Positions 14,717 to 28,954 are shown, numbered from the stretch's first letter. The stretch is DNA of 64,000 nucleotides from Octopus vulgaris (GCA_951406725.2 OX597814.1:213032001-213096000); one strand, 5' to 3'. Notes: generated from the sequence alone by a model not told the origin. Made by a program: numbers and translations.

Positions 14717-14749
<33 letters not shown>

Positions 14750-14965
14750 TCAAAGAGGAAAAGGAAGAGTCTGGATAGATTCCTTCAAAGAATACCAGAC
14801 AAGCCACCCATAATTGGATACAACTACCCAACAAGAACTCACTATGGATACAACTCACCCAACAAGAACTCACTACTTGAACAAAACTACTTATTCGATA
14901 TATATGGTGCTATTATTAGACATGGCCTGGACCAATCTCTGGTCGAAACATATCTAAGTTTTTAA

Positions 14966-15008
<43 letters not shown>

Positions 15009-17050
15009 GTTTTTATTTATTTAAATATAAACATTTGTATGTATACTCATAACTGAATACAAATACTTACACCCGAACATTTGTATATCATATATATAGG
15101 CATTTATATTTTTATAAATTGATCTACTAAAGAATTTAAAGCATTTCCATTAACCAAAACTGAAGTGTTAGCATATTGAATTCTCATAGGAAAAGTAGTT
15201 ATTACTTCGTTTGAAGATTTTTAATGGATAAGATATTGGTCGTGTATAGAAAGATGATTTGGGCGAAATAGAATTGAAAAACAAGTGTTTTGCAAACCTC
15301 TTTTCTTTTTCTGCAGTATTTGTTACTAACCAGTCATGTAAGAATCTACCTTCTGTTGGACTAACCGTTACCACACAATAAATTTCTCTTTTATTCTCCT
15401 TGTGGTAACATATTTATTATTATCTCTAGGCTGCGAAACTGTCACATGCAAAGAAGTGTAAGATATATTTTTTAATAGATCCACAGGAATATTGGTTGTA
15501 AGAGTAAGAATTCTCTGCACAACAATGTTTATCAATAGTCGCTTATGTGTAACCTACTTTGAATGTGTTGCTTAGTGTGAGCTGCACACCACCACCCAAA
15601 GTGAGGGTAGTTATTTACTAGAATAGATGCTTTATTGCATTACTTTAAAGCAATTTTTTGCTGAAATAACCAACATAAATATAATCATTATAATTACGTG
15701 CAACTATTTAGAGTCTTGGGCTTTATTTCTTTAACATTTCGGTAAGTGGACATCAGAATTAAGGTTTACTCAGGCTTAGGATATTAGTAGCAACTGACCT
15801 CTTATTCCTGGATACGCACAATGCTCCATTCTATGTTTTCATCGCAAGACATTACGTGATGAGAGACTGGCGAACTGCTATAATTTTTGTGTAAACGAAG
15901 TTTGCCATTGAAACACTTGAATACTCGCAAATCACATTCAACTATGCATTTTCGTTTCACATTTGTGGCTATATCACCGATTTATGGTGGAGTAAGAAAG
16001 AAACTTTTATTACATCTAGTAGTAGTAGTAGTAGCAGTAATAGTAGTAGTAGAATGGGATGAAGACGAGGAGTCTCAACACCAGTATATATGGACTATTT
16101 TGCTTTGTTTAATACGGGGCCACATAACTCTTATCCTGCGAGAAAAAATATCTTATTTTACCAATCATTTCATACCTAACGTATCTAAAACTACATTAAC
16201 TAACTTATCCTTCCACTTTTAAGACAATGTAATGATATTTAGCGCATATTTATTGCAGATTGAGCGGAATGCACCTTAGAAAATAATGCAGAATATTTTT
16301 TTGTATTCTTTTTGTAAATTTTCAATTTAAGTTAGCTAGAATTACGGCATTTACTTCTTTACGAAGCTGCACTTTTATCGCATTATAACCTAAAATGAAT
16401 TTCTATTTTGGATGTCCGTTTTTCAATTGAATTATCCAACTACAATGCAAAATATTTCTTTAATTAAATGGTTCAAAAATAAATGTAAAGACTATTTTAA
16501 GTTTTTTGTCCTGCATATTTGAATATGCTTTAAGATTACTTTAAATGCAATAAAATAAAACTTTATTCGCTACATGAGTTGATAAATATGTTATAACAAT
16601 ATGGCTAGTATAAGGGAAAATTAACAATTCCCCTCTCGTTCTAATTACTCTGGTTAAAAAACACCGAAAATATCTCTCATCATTAATATTAGTTGATTTG
16701 TCTCTGTCTGATATTATATAAACCTTATTTTCATTGATGTCGAGATGATTTGATTAATTATATGCCAAATAGCATTAAAACTTTCATTTACTTGAAATAA
16801 GAACACACGTTAATCTCTTAATCCAATTCGAATTATAAGACAGATAATTATGCATCTTTCAGGTTACTGATATTTTGTCGATATTTTTCTCGTTATAGTT
16901 TTGGTTTGTTTCATAATTTAGTTTATCTAATTTCTATATATTATATCAGAACAGTGGAAATTATATGAAATCGTTTCTTATCTTTAGGTTAACGCCTAAT
17001 TGCAACCATTTTTGGTTTGAAAGTAAAACTTTTCTTTTTACTTCTAAAAT
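14555..17050 (+). repeat. Copy 2 of the ~3 kb segmental duplication
   Basis: Colinear with 11290-14105 but with different inserts in the shared (TA)n. Confidence 0.9.
14755..14965 (+). mobile_element. CR1-group LINE 3' end inserted in (TA)n
   Basis: [26 protein letters not shown]2 C-terminus, then 3' stem-loop gacca-atctc-tggtc; second copy at 50047-50292. Confidence 0.7.
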
Positions 17051-17399
17051 AACAGCACCTGTAGGAAGACACACAAACACATCATTATCAAAAGACACCC
17101 ATCCTGAACATCGTGTAAGTAAGGTGCATTAACAAAACAAACTGGCACACAGATAGCTGCTTTAATCCAATACCGCTTCTAATGCATGTAATGTATTTGG
17201 CTTCAGCCAAGTGGGGAAGTACAACACCACGATATTTCAACCACTGTTCTTCTACATTAGTCAGCAGCGAGTACACCCAACTGAAAAAGCCCAAGAAAGC
17301 AAAAATACACATCTAGCATACTCATCGCCGTTAATCATCTACTACTGTTGACGTATATTTGATTTTAAAGATAGTTTTAATGTAGGAGATTATATATCC

Positions 17400-17931
17400 A
17401 GAAGTATGTCGTAGCTAACTCCACCCAATACGTGACACAGACAGACTGTATGTACCAAGAAAATGAGGGGGAAGAGGACTTATTGCATGCAAACACAACA
17501 TTAGAGCAGAGGAAAACAACATAGCATGGCATGTAAAGAAAATGCCACAGAACCGCTAATATTAGAAGTAGGAATGTCAGGCTTGTGTAGCATGAAAGAT
17601 TGTACTATGAAAGATAAATCACTAAACAAGGAACTGAAAATTAGATGAAACTGAAAATAGGTGGGTAACGAAAAGAAGGCATGGTCAATTTCATAGAGAC
17701 GTTAAAGATAGGACATTTAAAAAGATGGCTGAGGATGACTGAAAGTGGTTTAAAACCGGAAACGGAGGCTCAAATATATGCTGCCCAAGAGCAAGCACTA
17801 AGAACAAACTACATAAAATACAGAATAGACAATACAGCAGAAAGTGCTAAGTGCAGAATCTGTGGAGAAAACGGTGAAAACGTATGTCATATTACCAGCC
17901 AATGTACACCACTAACCCAGATGGAATATTA
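17400..17931 (+). mobile_element. R4/Dong-like (RLE) non-LTR retrotransposon fragment
   Basis: RLYVPRK.GGRGL, HGQF, LKPETEAQIYAAQEQALRTN and CCHC knuckle CRICGENGENVCHITSQC; stops present. Confidence 0.8.
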
Positions 17932-18047
17932 AGTAGTTGAAAAGAGCAGATAGCATTCTACTGTCGGCTGCAGGCAACAAGCTGGCTGCATATGCAAGAC
18001 TCTGGGAGTTCCACCAAAAACCTGAAAAAAAATAATAACAATATTTC

Positions 18048-18050
18048 TAC

Positions 18051-18143
<93 letters not shown>

Positions 18144-18195
18144 CATCATCATCATCATCATCATCATCATTATTATTATTATTATTATTATTACT
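18048..18195. repeat. (ATT)n/(ATC)n compound microsatellite
   Basis: Direct reading. Confidence 0.95.
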
Positions 18196-18908
18196 ATTTG
18201 CGGATTAAAGGGATATAAAAATGAACGTTTAATTAATTTAAATTATATAGTGTGTATATTAAACGATATTTTTCTCTCAGCGGATGGAGTACTTGTTTTG
18301 TTAATCTTAATTACATTTAACAGTATACTATATACCTCCAAGACGTGGTTTTCTACTGCAAATTTATAATCTTCATGATTAACGTGATAGTTGATTAAGC
18401 TGATTAACTAAAGATTAACTAAATTAAGCTGATTGACTAAAGATTTTAGCAATTTACACACTATTATGAATTGTATATATACATATATATGTATATATAT
18501 ATATATACATATATAAACATATATATAAATATTAAGTATATGATTTAAGTTATTAAACTCAGTTCAACACATTCATTCATATTTATGAAAATTGAAGTGA
18601 TTAGATGTTAAAATGTCTAATAGTTTCTGTTACTCATGCTGCTACAGAATTTGTTTCGTAGAGAAAGACAGAGATATTAGAAAATCAGAGTTATCAGAAA
18701 GTACTCGTCAGTAGCTAAGATAGAAACTAAAGAGACGTTGGAATTACATTGGTATGGTGCTAATTTTCTAGTTTTCATTTTATCTGGGAAACCTTTTCTA
18801 GACTTAAAATTCCTTCATTTGTAATTTCGTATAAATTCCCTTCGGTATTGTTTATTTTTATCATGGAGCAAATCCTCCTTCCATCTCATCTTCTTGTTAA
18901 TTCATGGA

Positions 18909-18947
<39 letters not shown>

Positions 18948-19653
18948 CGCATGCACACACACACACACACACACGTGCACACACACACACACACGCACAC
19001 ACGCACACACGCGCACACACATACATGTACACCTCTGAATACCCACTCCTTTTCATAACTCTTTGGAGCTGCGTGACACCTTACTCTACGTGCAAAAAAT
19101 GTTGAGTCACATGTGCATATACTTACATATTCACACCATTTTAAACGTATACAGTAGGCCGAATGGAAGGAGATAAAGAGATGCAGTGCCACAGATCTTC
19201 AAGGCAATATAGTTCCATCCTAAAACACTACAGCAACATGACGCCAAGATGTCCTTTCAGAGAGACATTGAAACACCAACGATAATAGCAGTGGTAGGAA
19301 GGCAGCTTTGGCACCAGTATAAATCTGCATCAGAGGCGTTGTTTATGGTATCAGTTATAAACGCTTTGCTGTCTGGTCGACAGAGAACGTTGATACACAT
19401 TTTGTAGTCATCTGATCCCTCAGTCCTATCATTTACACGCATTAACCCCAGTATAAATTCTCAAACTTTTAAAGGCATACAACTTAAATTTTCCTTATGC
19501 TTGGTTCAGTCATTAGTGTTCAGCATGCAGAGGTACTACACATACTCGACGCATGATTCATGTGCACTTACAAAAATAAGAGCTACTGATAATTTCTTGC
19601 CATTGAAACACGGTTAGACAAAATTCTATAACGTACCGTATATATCCGAGCAA

Positions 19654-20060
19654 TACTCTTTTACTCTTTGACTTGTTTCAGTCATTTGACTGCGGCCATG
19701 CTGGAGCACCGCTTTTAGTCGAGCAAATCGTCCCCGGGACTTATTCTTTGTAATCCCAGTACTTATTCTATCGGTTTCGTTTGCCAAACCGCTAAGTGAC
19801 GGGTACGTAAACACACCAGCATCGGTTGTCAAGCAATGCTAGGGGGAGAAACACAGACACACAAACACACACACATACATATATATATACATATATACGA
19901 CAGGCTTCTTTCAGTTTCCGTCTACCAAATCCACTCACAAGGCATTGGTTGACCCGGGGCTATAGCAGAAGACACTTGCCCAAGATGCCACGCAGTGGGA
20001 CTGAACCCGGAACCATGTGGTTGTTTAGCAAGCTACTTACCACACAGCCACTCCTGCGCC
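19654..20060 (-). mobile_element. SINE, family B, full length
   Basis: Minus strand starts ggcgcaggagtggctgtgtggtaag, has an internal (TA)/(TG) tract and ends in a taaaagag tail. Confidence 0.9.
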
Positions 20061-21238
20061 TATTTTAAAATTCTTAGCACGTGGTTTGTTCTACTTGAAA
20101 ATAAGGACACAGATACATGAGAAATGAAAAAGAAATTATAAGGCTAATGCTAAAATACGATGAGAGGACAAAGGGGTTTTTAAAACAGAAGACAGCAAAG
20201 AATGGAAGCAATTCAGATGTATCTAGCCTTTGAGAGTCTTCCTTTCTTTTTCCGTATATATTCACCCCTTCTCTTCCCATCCCCTTTTAGCTTCAATTAC
20301 CTGTCGTTTTTTTCTCCGTGGGTTCTCATCTATCATGTGCCCCCCATCCTGAGGAATGGCACTTTATAAGAATCTACTTAACCACGTTTCTCAATAGCAA
20401 GAAACTATGAGTAAAATTCATTCAGTGTATATTAAGTCATATTTACTTTTCATTCAGTGGAGTATATATATTTTGTTGCTAACCTCACCTTAACGAAACA
20501 GTAAAATAATATATATGTATGTAATTCTATATGCATGTATGTATGTATGTATGTATGTATGTATGTATGTATGTACGTATGTATGTATGTATATATGTAT
20601 GTATGTATGTATTTCTATATGTATGTATGTATTATGTATTTATGTATGTATGTATGTGTGTGTATGTATGTATGTATTATGTATTTATGTGTGTGCGTAT
20701 GTATGTGTGTATGTGTGTATGTATGTATATTTATATAATTGGAACTCACCAGAAAAGAACATTATTCGAAAACGACATGATTTAACAAATAGCAAAGCAT
20801 CATTCTGTTTCTATATTTTCAATTCAAAAACTATCTCACTGAAAACGTATGTTTTTTATTGCATGTAACATTTCTATATATTTACTATACATAATATATA
20901 CATATTCTTTCTTAAATTCGAACTTTTATATCATAAGATTCTGAAAATATTAATGTGCTATTTTTTATTACACAAATTTTATTAGATATTCGTATAATAA
21001 AATATTTTATCGTTACCATTTTTCATACGTTTTCATATTTTATGTGAAATTAAATAAGCAGGCAATGCGATGATAATTGTACGTGTATTATTTTATATCG
21101 TCTTAACAATATATAATTAAAATAATTTTCCCTAATATTAGTATGATTCAAATGTAGACAGTGAAAAGTGGGAATATATATATATATATATATATATGCT
21201 TATATATATATATATATTCATATATATATTTATATATG

Positions 21239-21273
<35 letters not shown>

Positions 21274-21291
21274 GTATATATATATATACAT

Positions 21292-21335
<44 letters not shown>

Positions 21336-21561
21336 ATATAAGTATTTGTGTGTGTGTCTGTATGTTTATATAAATATATATATATAGTATCTATATGATA
21401 ATATATCAGTGATGATATATATATATAATCCTGTCGAAAGCAACATTTATATATAAACAATTCACAGAAAAATGATAAGTTAACTCAGCAAGGAGTGCTG
21501 TAGACGTTGACTTGTGGGCTCGACTCTGGTCTGGGTTAGCTTATCCCTTTCCAGACTATTG

Positions 21562-21609
<48 letters not shown>

Positions 21610-21746
21610 GCTTTAAATTGGAGTATATATATTAATTTTATCATCATATATTATTATATAGGTATCATTGTACTAATAGACTTCCATAGTTGCTCTATCT
21701 CTATACCTTACAAAGTCTTCTGGCTTGTTTACAAATATTATATATA

Positions 21747-21805
<59 letters not shown>

Positions 21806-21818
21806 ATATATATATATG

Positions 21819-21852
<34 letters not shown>

Positions 21853-21859
21853 TGTGTGC

Positions 21860-22132
21860 ACGCACACCTTCATTTTGGGATCACTACCACTTTGTTATCT
21901 CCCCTTCTCCCTAGCTCTCCTGTGCGACGAACGTGTCCGGCCTTCGCCATGATAGATCGCTAGCCACTACATATTTTTTATTCTCTCTCCTTTCTTTCTG
22001 TGTTAATTTCTGTGGAAGAGCGTAGGCTCGAAACGTTAAAGACGTTTTCACTTCCTGAGCATTATATTAATACCTCTGCTTGTTGTTTACACCACCTGTC
22101 TTTGTCTTTTGTTTTATTTTCCTGTGAATTCT

Positions 22133-22135
<3 letters not shown>
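21860..22135 (+). mobile_element. Short (TA)n-flanked element carrying a variant hammerhead-like motif
   Basis: Homologous to 51803-51975 (minus); both share gaagagcgtaggctcgaaacgt and both are flanked by TA runs. Confidence 0.6.
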
Positions 22136-22189
<54 letters not shown>

Positions 22190-22190
<1 letters not shown>

Positions 22191-22477
22191 TATGTATGTA
22201 TATATGTATGTATATATATATAAGTATGTATGTATGTATGTATGTATGTATGTATGTATGTATGTATGTATTTATGTATGTATGTATGTATGTAAATATA
22301 TATTTATATTTATACATTTGTATGTGTGAAATTAATATGTATAACACACACAGATATATATCCATGTATATACACACATATTCATATATGTAGAAATATA
22401 TATATATGTATAAGTATATACATATATACATACACAAATATATATATAGATATATATACATAAATATATGTATATAC

Positions 22478-22508
<31 letters not shown>

Positions 22509-22583
22509 TATATATACATATATATATACATATATATATATTTATATATATATATATATATACATACACACACACACACACTC

Positions 22584-22614
<31 letters not shown>

Positions 22615-22940
22615 CATACATACATACATATATATATATATATGTATATACATATATTTATATATATCTATCTATATATATATTTGTGTATGTATATATG
22701 TATATACTTATACATATATATATATTTCTACATATATGAATATGTGTGTATATACATGGATATATATCTGTGTGTGTTATACATATTAATTTCACACATA
22801 CAAATGCATAAATATAAATATATATTTACATACATACATGCATACATAAATACATACATACATGCATACATACATACATACATAGATACATACATACATA
22901 CATACATACATACATACATACATGCATACATACATACATA
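22190..22940. repeat. ~750 bp fold-back (inverted duplication) of degenerate microsatellite DNA
   Basis: 22311-22425 is the reverse complement of ~22705-22810, including unique interruptions such as gtgtgaaattaatatgtataacacacacagat. Confidence 0.9.
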
Positions 22941-23989
22941 CTTATGTGCATACATACAAGTTAGGATAAGATAAACAGAGCACGATTTTCAGTCTGCAAC
23001 ACACATCTCATTAGCCGTTACACACTTTAATATCACAATTTCTTTGTTAATCCGGTTGGTGCAAATTGTTACCTGAATTTTTGAGATATTATGCTTGTTG
23101 GCATTTCACTATCTTTCGCGCAATTTCTCAAGAGATAGTTTATCACCTTCATCATTACCATCATTATTATTGTTGTTGATAATGATGGCGCTGAAATGGT
23201 AGAATCTTTAGCACGCCGGACGGAATGCCTTGCAGCGTTTTGTTTCTTCCGACTTCATGTTCCGTGTGCAAATTCTGCCGACATTGACTTGGCCTTTCAA
23301 GTTTCGCGGTCTATATAGTACCAGTCGAAAAGTGTGCCCCATGTAATCGCCCCTCCCTCTTCCCTGAAATTGCTGTCCACCTAGCAAATTTTGAAACCCG
23401 TTATTTTTATCAAGTTAGTATATTATGAGGAGGTTTGGTGATAACAGGTTATCTAAAATCATAACAACCTTTCTTATGATTCTTGCATGATATAGGATTG
23501 TGATTTTCTGCTGGTCGACAATGTGTGTCCCAACTCCAATAACTTTCGGTATTTTACTTACATTTTTGTTAATGTGCAAATTGCAGCAATTAGCACAGGA
23601 GTAATTGATGTTTTAGTCTTCCCAATCTCAGCAGCTATCTGCTGAAATCCTACAAAAGTTTCCAGTTTCTTTGCTATAGCGTTTGTTATCGTTAATTTTG
23701 TTGGCAGTGGGCTTGCAGAAGTATTACTGCTTTGGAGAAAATACTTAGCAACATTTATTCCAACTCTTCACGTTTTCCGTTAAAATTCCGCTGAGATCAA
23801 CTTTGCTTTCATTCCATTTTGGGGTTAATAAAATAAGTATCAAAATTTCAGACATTCTACCGTAGTAAAAAGGATTACTATTATTCCAAGTTTTTCCTAC
23901 AGACCTCATGTAGCAGGAAGTTGGATATTTAAATGTGGGTGGAAATTCATAACTAGTAATAATGTATTTGCAGAGACCAAAAAATGAAA

Positions 23990-24900
23990 CTTACGATTTT
24001 CTTAAAGGCTTGGTGATTTTGAACGGCCTTAAATGCTCAGATACTCTCGGTTGACAGTGTTTCCCTCTGCATGTGGAGAGTGTCCTCTCTTGTAATTCTG
24101 ACACTTTTAGGTTTCCTGGTATATGGCCAAAACGTTTAAGATTGTTATCTACTATTATCCCCAAAGCTCTGAAATCACAGCTACAACTGTCGTTCATTGA
24201 TGACACCACTTTTTAGGTAAATATTTCTAGCTACAGGTATTTAATTACTCTTTCAAACATTAACACAGAAGTGTTGCAGTCTGCTGGCATAGACACATCT
24301 ATGAGAAAACACGTTTTGTCAACGTGAATAGTTTGAATTCTAAAGAATCATAGAACGTTGATGTCTTTTGTTTCAGTAACATGGGCTTTTCTAAAAGAGT
24401 ATCTTTGATATAGGAGCCCAAATGGATGGCATATCATCCAGTACAAACACTGACAGAGTCTATCATAGCGTTTAGTATATTCAGTTAAAACTAGCATGGA
24501 GCAAGCAGAGACAATGTAGTCAATTATTTCTCTGGTTTTACCACCAGAGCCGTAAGCATCTCTTTTTGAGAATCCTGGTTTGGTAAATATTCTAGCTGGC
24601 ATACACTTATTCTTAGTTGCAATAATGAAGCTTTGTGTTTCTGATTACAGTCCCCTCGGTGTCAGCCACTGATGAGTCATATTTGTATAAACATTAGCAT
24701 TGCTGACGGCTTGTAGAGTATTTACCATGTAATGCCTTATGTTTCAATCTATTAGCCAGCTCTGAGATTTGGTTTATGCGTTTATTTGTTTTGCCTTCAC
24801 AGTGGGTTTTTCTGTTTCACCTCCTTGGCGATCTTTAATTCGTTAACATATTTCCTTCTCTCTTCTGATATTGACTATAGTTACTTGGTAGTTACAAACT
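23990..24900 (-). mobile_element. Decayed R4/Dong-like RLE LINE fragment
   Basis: Minus strand gives ETQSFIIA, IIDYIVSACSMLVLTEYTKRYDRLCQCLYWMIC and RALG-like RLE motifs with frameshifts. Confidence 0.65.
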
Positions 24901-24932
24901 TTCAGAGTGATGCATTGTGAGAATCATAAGTA

Positions 24933-25195
24933 TTTTTTTTATCAGTTTTACAGTTATCATTGATGGGTGATTTTATGATTTCAAGGTTGTAGATAACAAA
25001 AATTTAGCCAGAAAATTCATGGCATAAAAACTGTCATATTTCGTTCGCTGTTTCAGACATACGTATGTTTTTTTTTATCAGTTTTACAGATATCATTGAT
25101 GGGTCATTTTATGCTTTCAAGGTTGTAGATAACAAAAGATGTAACCAGAAAATTCATGGCATTAAACTGTCAAATTTCGTTCGCTGTTTCAGACA
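24933..25195 (+). repeat. ~135 bp tandem duplication
   Basis: tttatcagttttacag...ttcgttcgctgtttcagaca occurs twice. Confidence 0.9.
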
Positions 25196-25298
25196 GTTCT
25201 AAATCTACAATAATTCGATTTGACTTTGCTTTCAAATAACCAAAGTGTAATTCTCCCTAATGAACAAATACATGCACACATGCCATCATGCACAAACG

Positions 25299-25335
<37 letters not shown>

Positions 25336-25529
25336 ATACATACATGCAAAGACATACACATATACATACACACACAAAGTAAGATCTTCTGGCATCAATG
25401 CGCTTGCCGAGCTGCAACCACATCATTAAAGCTCAGGGACGTTCTCCAAAATAAAAGTACCCAGGACCATCTCACGGCCTCCTTCAGCGTCTCATTGTTT
25501 TTGAAAACAACTGCCTCAGGTTCTCAGCT

Positions 25530-26420
25530 TGGAGAACAACCAAAAGGTACATAAATCTAGGTCCGGAATGTAGTGAGCGGGTGTGTAACAGTTACAATAC
25601 CAATATATCTCAAGTAGTTGGTTACCAGTACGGAATTGTGAACTGGTGCATTTTCCTGGAACAGGTACCATCACCCGAGTGGAAGAGCTCTGTACTTTAG
25701 CGACGAATCACTTCCTGAATTTCATTAACACCTCTACAAAGGACTCTTCGTTAACAAACTGACATGGAGGAGCCCAGGGGACGTAGATAATGCACCCGCT
25801 GTCTAAAAACTGGATCATCATGAGCCTTCCAATGGACTTGAATTGTCTGACGTACTTAGGACTGGAGGAACCGGGATGCTTCCATCGCTCACTATGTTTC
25901 TTGGTCTGTGAATTTTAACCATAGATCCAGCTTTCGTCGTAGGTTACCAGACACTGAGGCACTCTTGAATTGAATGTTCTGAGCTTAACCATCTTCCCCT
26001 TGAATACAACATGTCTTTCCTTCTGTTCATCACTGAGCACCCTGGGAACAAATTTACCACGAATTTTGCGCAAGTTCAGATCTTCACAAATAATCATGTG
26101 TTCTGTAATCACACCAACTCCAAAGTGTATGCTTATCGTGTTTATAGACTCGCGACGGGCTGCAATCATAATAGCGAATTTTCTCAAAAACTTCTAATGT
26201 TCTGACACCCCTCTATCATTCACCCCTCTCATCACTTTTTTTCCCCTTTAACGGCCTTGAACCACATTTGCCAGCGAAAAATGCACTAGGCTCTTCTAAA
26301 TTAATTTATACTCAGTCTGCAGTATTTCATGAGTTTCAGTAACGTTTGTACACCGTTTAACATAAAACTTTAGTGCACAGTGAGCTTCTAAACTGTCTTC
26401 ATATCCCAGCCGCATTGCGC
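25530..26420 (-). mobile_element. Decayed mariner transposase
   Basis: GKFVPRVLSDEQKERHV, LVTYDESWIY and a YSPDL-like (YIPDL) motif. Confidence 0.8.
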
Positions 26421-26494
26421 AAATTAGTCATCGATGACAAGCAGTGTTTAGTAGAGTGTGTTCAAAACGGTGTTACAGATCTCTCCTATACATA

Positions 26495-26690
26495 ATCTTT
26501 TTCTACACTAGGCGCAAGGCCCGAAATCTTTGGGGAGGGGCCAGTCGATGAGATCGACCCCAGTACGCAACAGGTACTTAATTTATTGACCCCGAAAGGA
26601 TGAAAGGCAATGTCGAACTCGGCAGAATTTCAACTCAGACGAAATACAGACGAAATACACGGCGAGCTAACGAATCTGCCTGCTCGCCGC
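26495..26690 (-). mobile_element. SINE, family A
   Basis: gaccccgaaaggatgaaaggcaatgtcgaactcggcagaattt matches the reverse complement of the family core. Confidence 0.8.
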
Positions 26691-26849
26691 TTTCCTTCTT
26701 ATGTAGAATACGCAGGTGATAGTTCAGCTTATTAGAAGTATAGTAATAATATACTGAAATTACAATAATCTAGTATTGATATGAATATGCGTGTGTTTGT
26801 GTGTGTGAGTGTCTACGCATGTGAGTGCATGTATTTGTATATGTGTATG

Positions 26850-26897
<48 letters not shown>

Positions 26898-26972
26898 TAC
26901 ATATATATACATATATATATTAATGATAATAATAATAATAATGTTAATAATAATAATTGTTATTATTATAAT

Positions 26973-27029
<57 letters not shown>

Positions 27030-27031
<2 letters not shown>

Positions 27032-27551
27032 TTCCAGTACATACAGACCGAACCATCAAGGCCAATAAACCAGATATTGTTGTGAAAGACCAAAACAATA
27101 AAGTTTGCTTATTGATCGACATGAGCATCCCCTGTGATCATAATATCTCAGCGAAAGAGCTTGACAAGCTCAGAAAATATAAAGACCTACTCATTGAAAT
27201 TGAGAAAATGTGGCATCTCAAGGCGGTTACAATACCAGTAATCGTAGGAGCACTAGGAATGATCAAGAAGGGAACCGAAAATTATATGAGAATGATCCCT
27301 GGCTTACCATCCCTGCAAGAAGTGCAAAAGATTGTCTTAACTGGTACATCAAACGTATTGAGAAGAGCATTGTCGATGTGAGAACTGTTGCTGTTCATGT
27401 ATTTTAATTTAACTTAAAAAAAAAAATAAAAAAATGAACGAACTATTGAGTTTGGTTTAATGGCCTACCAATGTACACTATGAGTTTCTTTGCCCTAGGA
27501 GTCGGAAAGACACTCGGCAACAAATGGAAGCAAATTTGAAAGAAGAAAAAA

Positions 27552-27552
<1 letters not shown>
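27030..27552 (+). mobile_element. 5'-truncated R4/Dong-like LINE 3' end (RLE endonuclease and 3' UTR) in (AAT)n
   Basis: DRTIKANKPDIVV..LIDMSIP..KELDKLRKYKDL..PVIVGALG is a PD-(D/E)xK restriction-like endonuclease; (AAT)n on both sides, the known target of Dong elements. Confidence 0.85.
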
Positions 27553-27602
<50 letters not shown>

Positions 27603-27814
27603 CAACGACATTCACTAGTACAACACTAAATACAAAATCAAATATATAGTTAAGTTAAGTTAATTTTGGGGCTCAAAAGGCAAAAAGCAAGGCCATGTAG
27701 GGGGGCATGGAATTATGTACAGGGTGGTGTTCATGCAAAGAGTTCAGGCCATTTAGGCATAACAACAACACGAACTTCCGACCTGTTGTCTATTGAGGGC
27801 TCTGGTAATAATAT

Positions 27815-27879
<65 letters not shown>

Positions 27880-27900
27880 ATAATAATAATAATAATAATG

Positions 27901-27960
<60 letters not shown>

Positions 27961-28320
27961 GCCCTGATGCAGTACCAGGCAGAGGCTCTCATGGCTTCTG
28001 ATCTTAACTGATTGGAAGTGTTATCATGTACATTGTTTTGTCTTGGTATAAAAGATGGGCTACAGCAAATATTCTGCTCAATACCACAGATTTGCTTGTC
28101 AGTTGTTTGACCTTAACCAGTTGAGCATGTCCCTTAGTGGCTGACGATATGTGCATCTCTGATCACGAGCAGAAGTAGTGGGGGAGCATCATAGCCATGT
28201 GTTGAGAGGGATTCTTTGGGGTTTGAATAGTTCACCTCTGGAAACATGGGTGGTTCTTTCAACATCCTTAAACAACCCTTATTCAGAGACCGTTTGATGG
28301 CATGAACTGCTCTCTCACTC

Positions 28321-28364
<44 letters not shown>

Positions 28365-28367
<3 letters not shown>

Positions 28368-28889
28368 TTCCAGTACATACAGACCGAACCATCAAGGCCA
28401 ATAAACCAGATATTGTTGTGAAAGACCAAAACAATAAAGTTTGCTTATTGATCGACATGAGCATCCCCTGTGATCATAATATCTCAGCGAAAGAGCTTGA
28501 CAAGCTCAGAAAATATAAAGACCTACTCATTGAAATTGAGAAAATGTGGCATCTCAAGGCGGTTACAATACCAGTAATCGTAGGAGCACTAGGAATGATC
28601 AAGAAGGGAACCGAAAATTATATGAGAATGATCCCTGGCTTACCATCCCTGCAAGAAGTGCAAAAGATTGTCTTAACTGGTACATCAAACGTATTGAGAA
28701 GAGCATTGTCGATGTGAGAACTGTTGATGTTCATGTATTTTAATTTAACTTAAAAAAAAAAATAAAAAAATGAACGAACTATTGAGTTTGGTTTAATGGC
28801 CTACCAATGTACACTATGAGTTTCTTTGCCCTAGGAGTCGGAAAGACACTCGGCAACAAATGGAAGCAAATTTGAAAGAAGAAAAAAAA
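28365..28889 (+). mobile_element. Second copy of the R4/Dong-like RLE 3' end
   Basis: Same 117 aa translation as the first copy. Confidence 0.85.

Positions 28890-28954
<65 letters not shown>

Noticed and set aside
20515-22974. Dense overlapping ORFs ([12 protein letters not shown])
   Set aside because: Translations of (TA)n, (TG)n and (TATG)n microsatellites; the same applies to similar ORFs throughout the window
26809-27381. 190 aa ORF as an expressed nuclease gene
   Set aside because: The N-terminus and the internal ATG come from microsatellite; the rest is a 5'-truncated RLE domain
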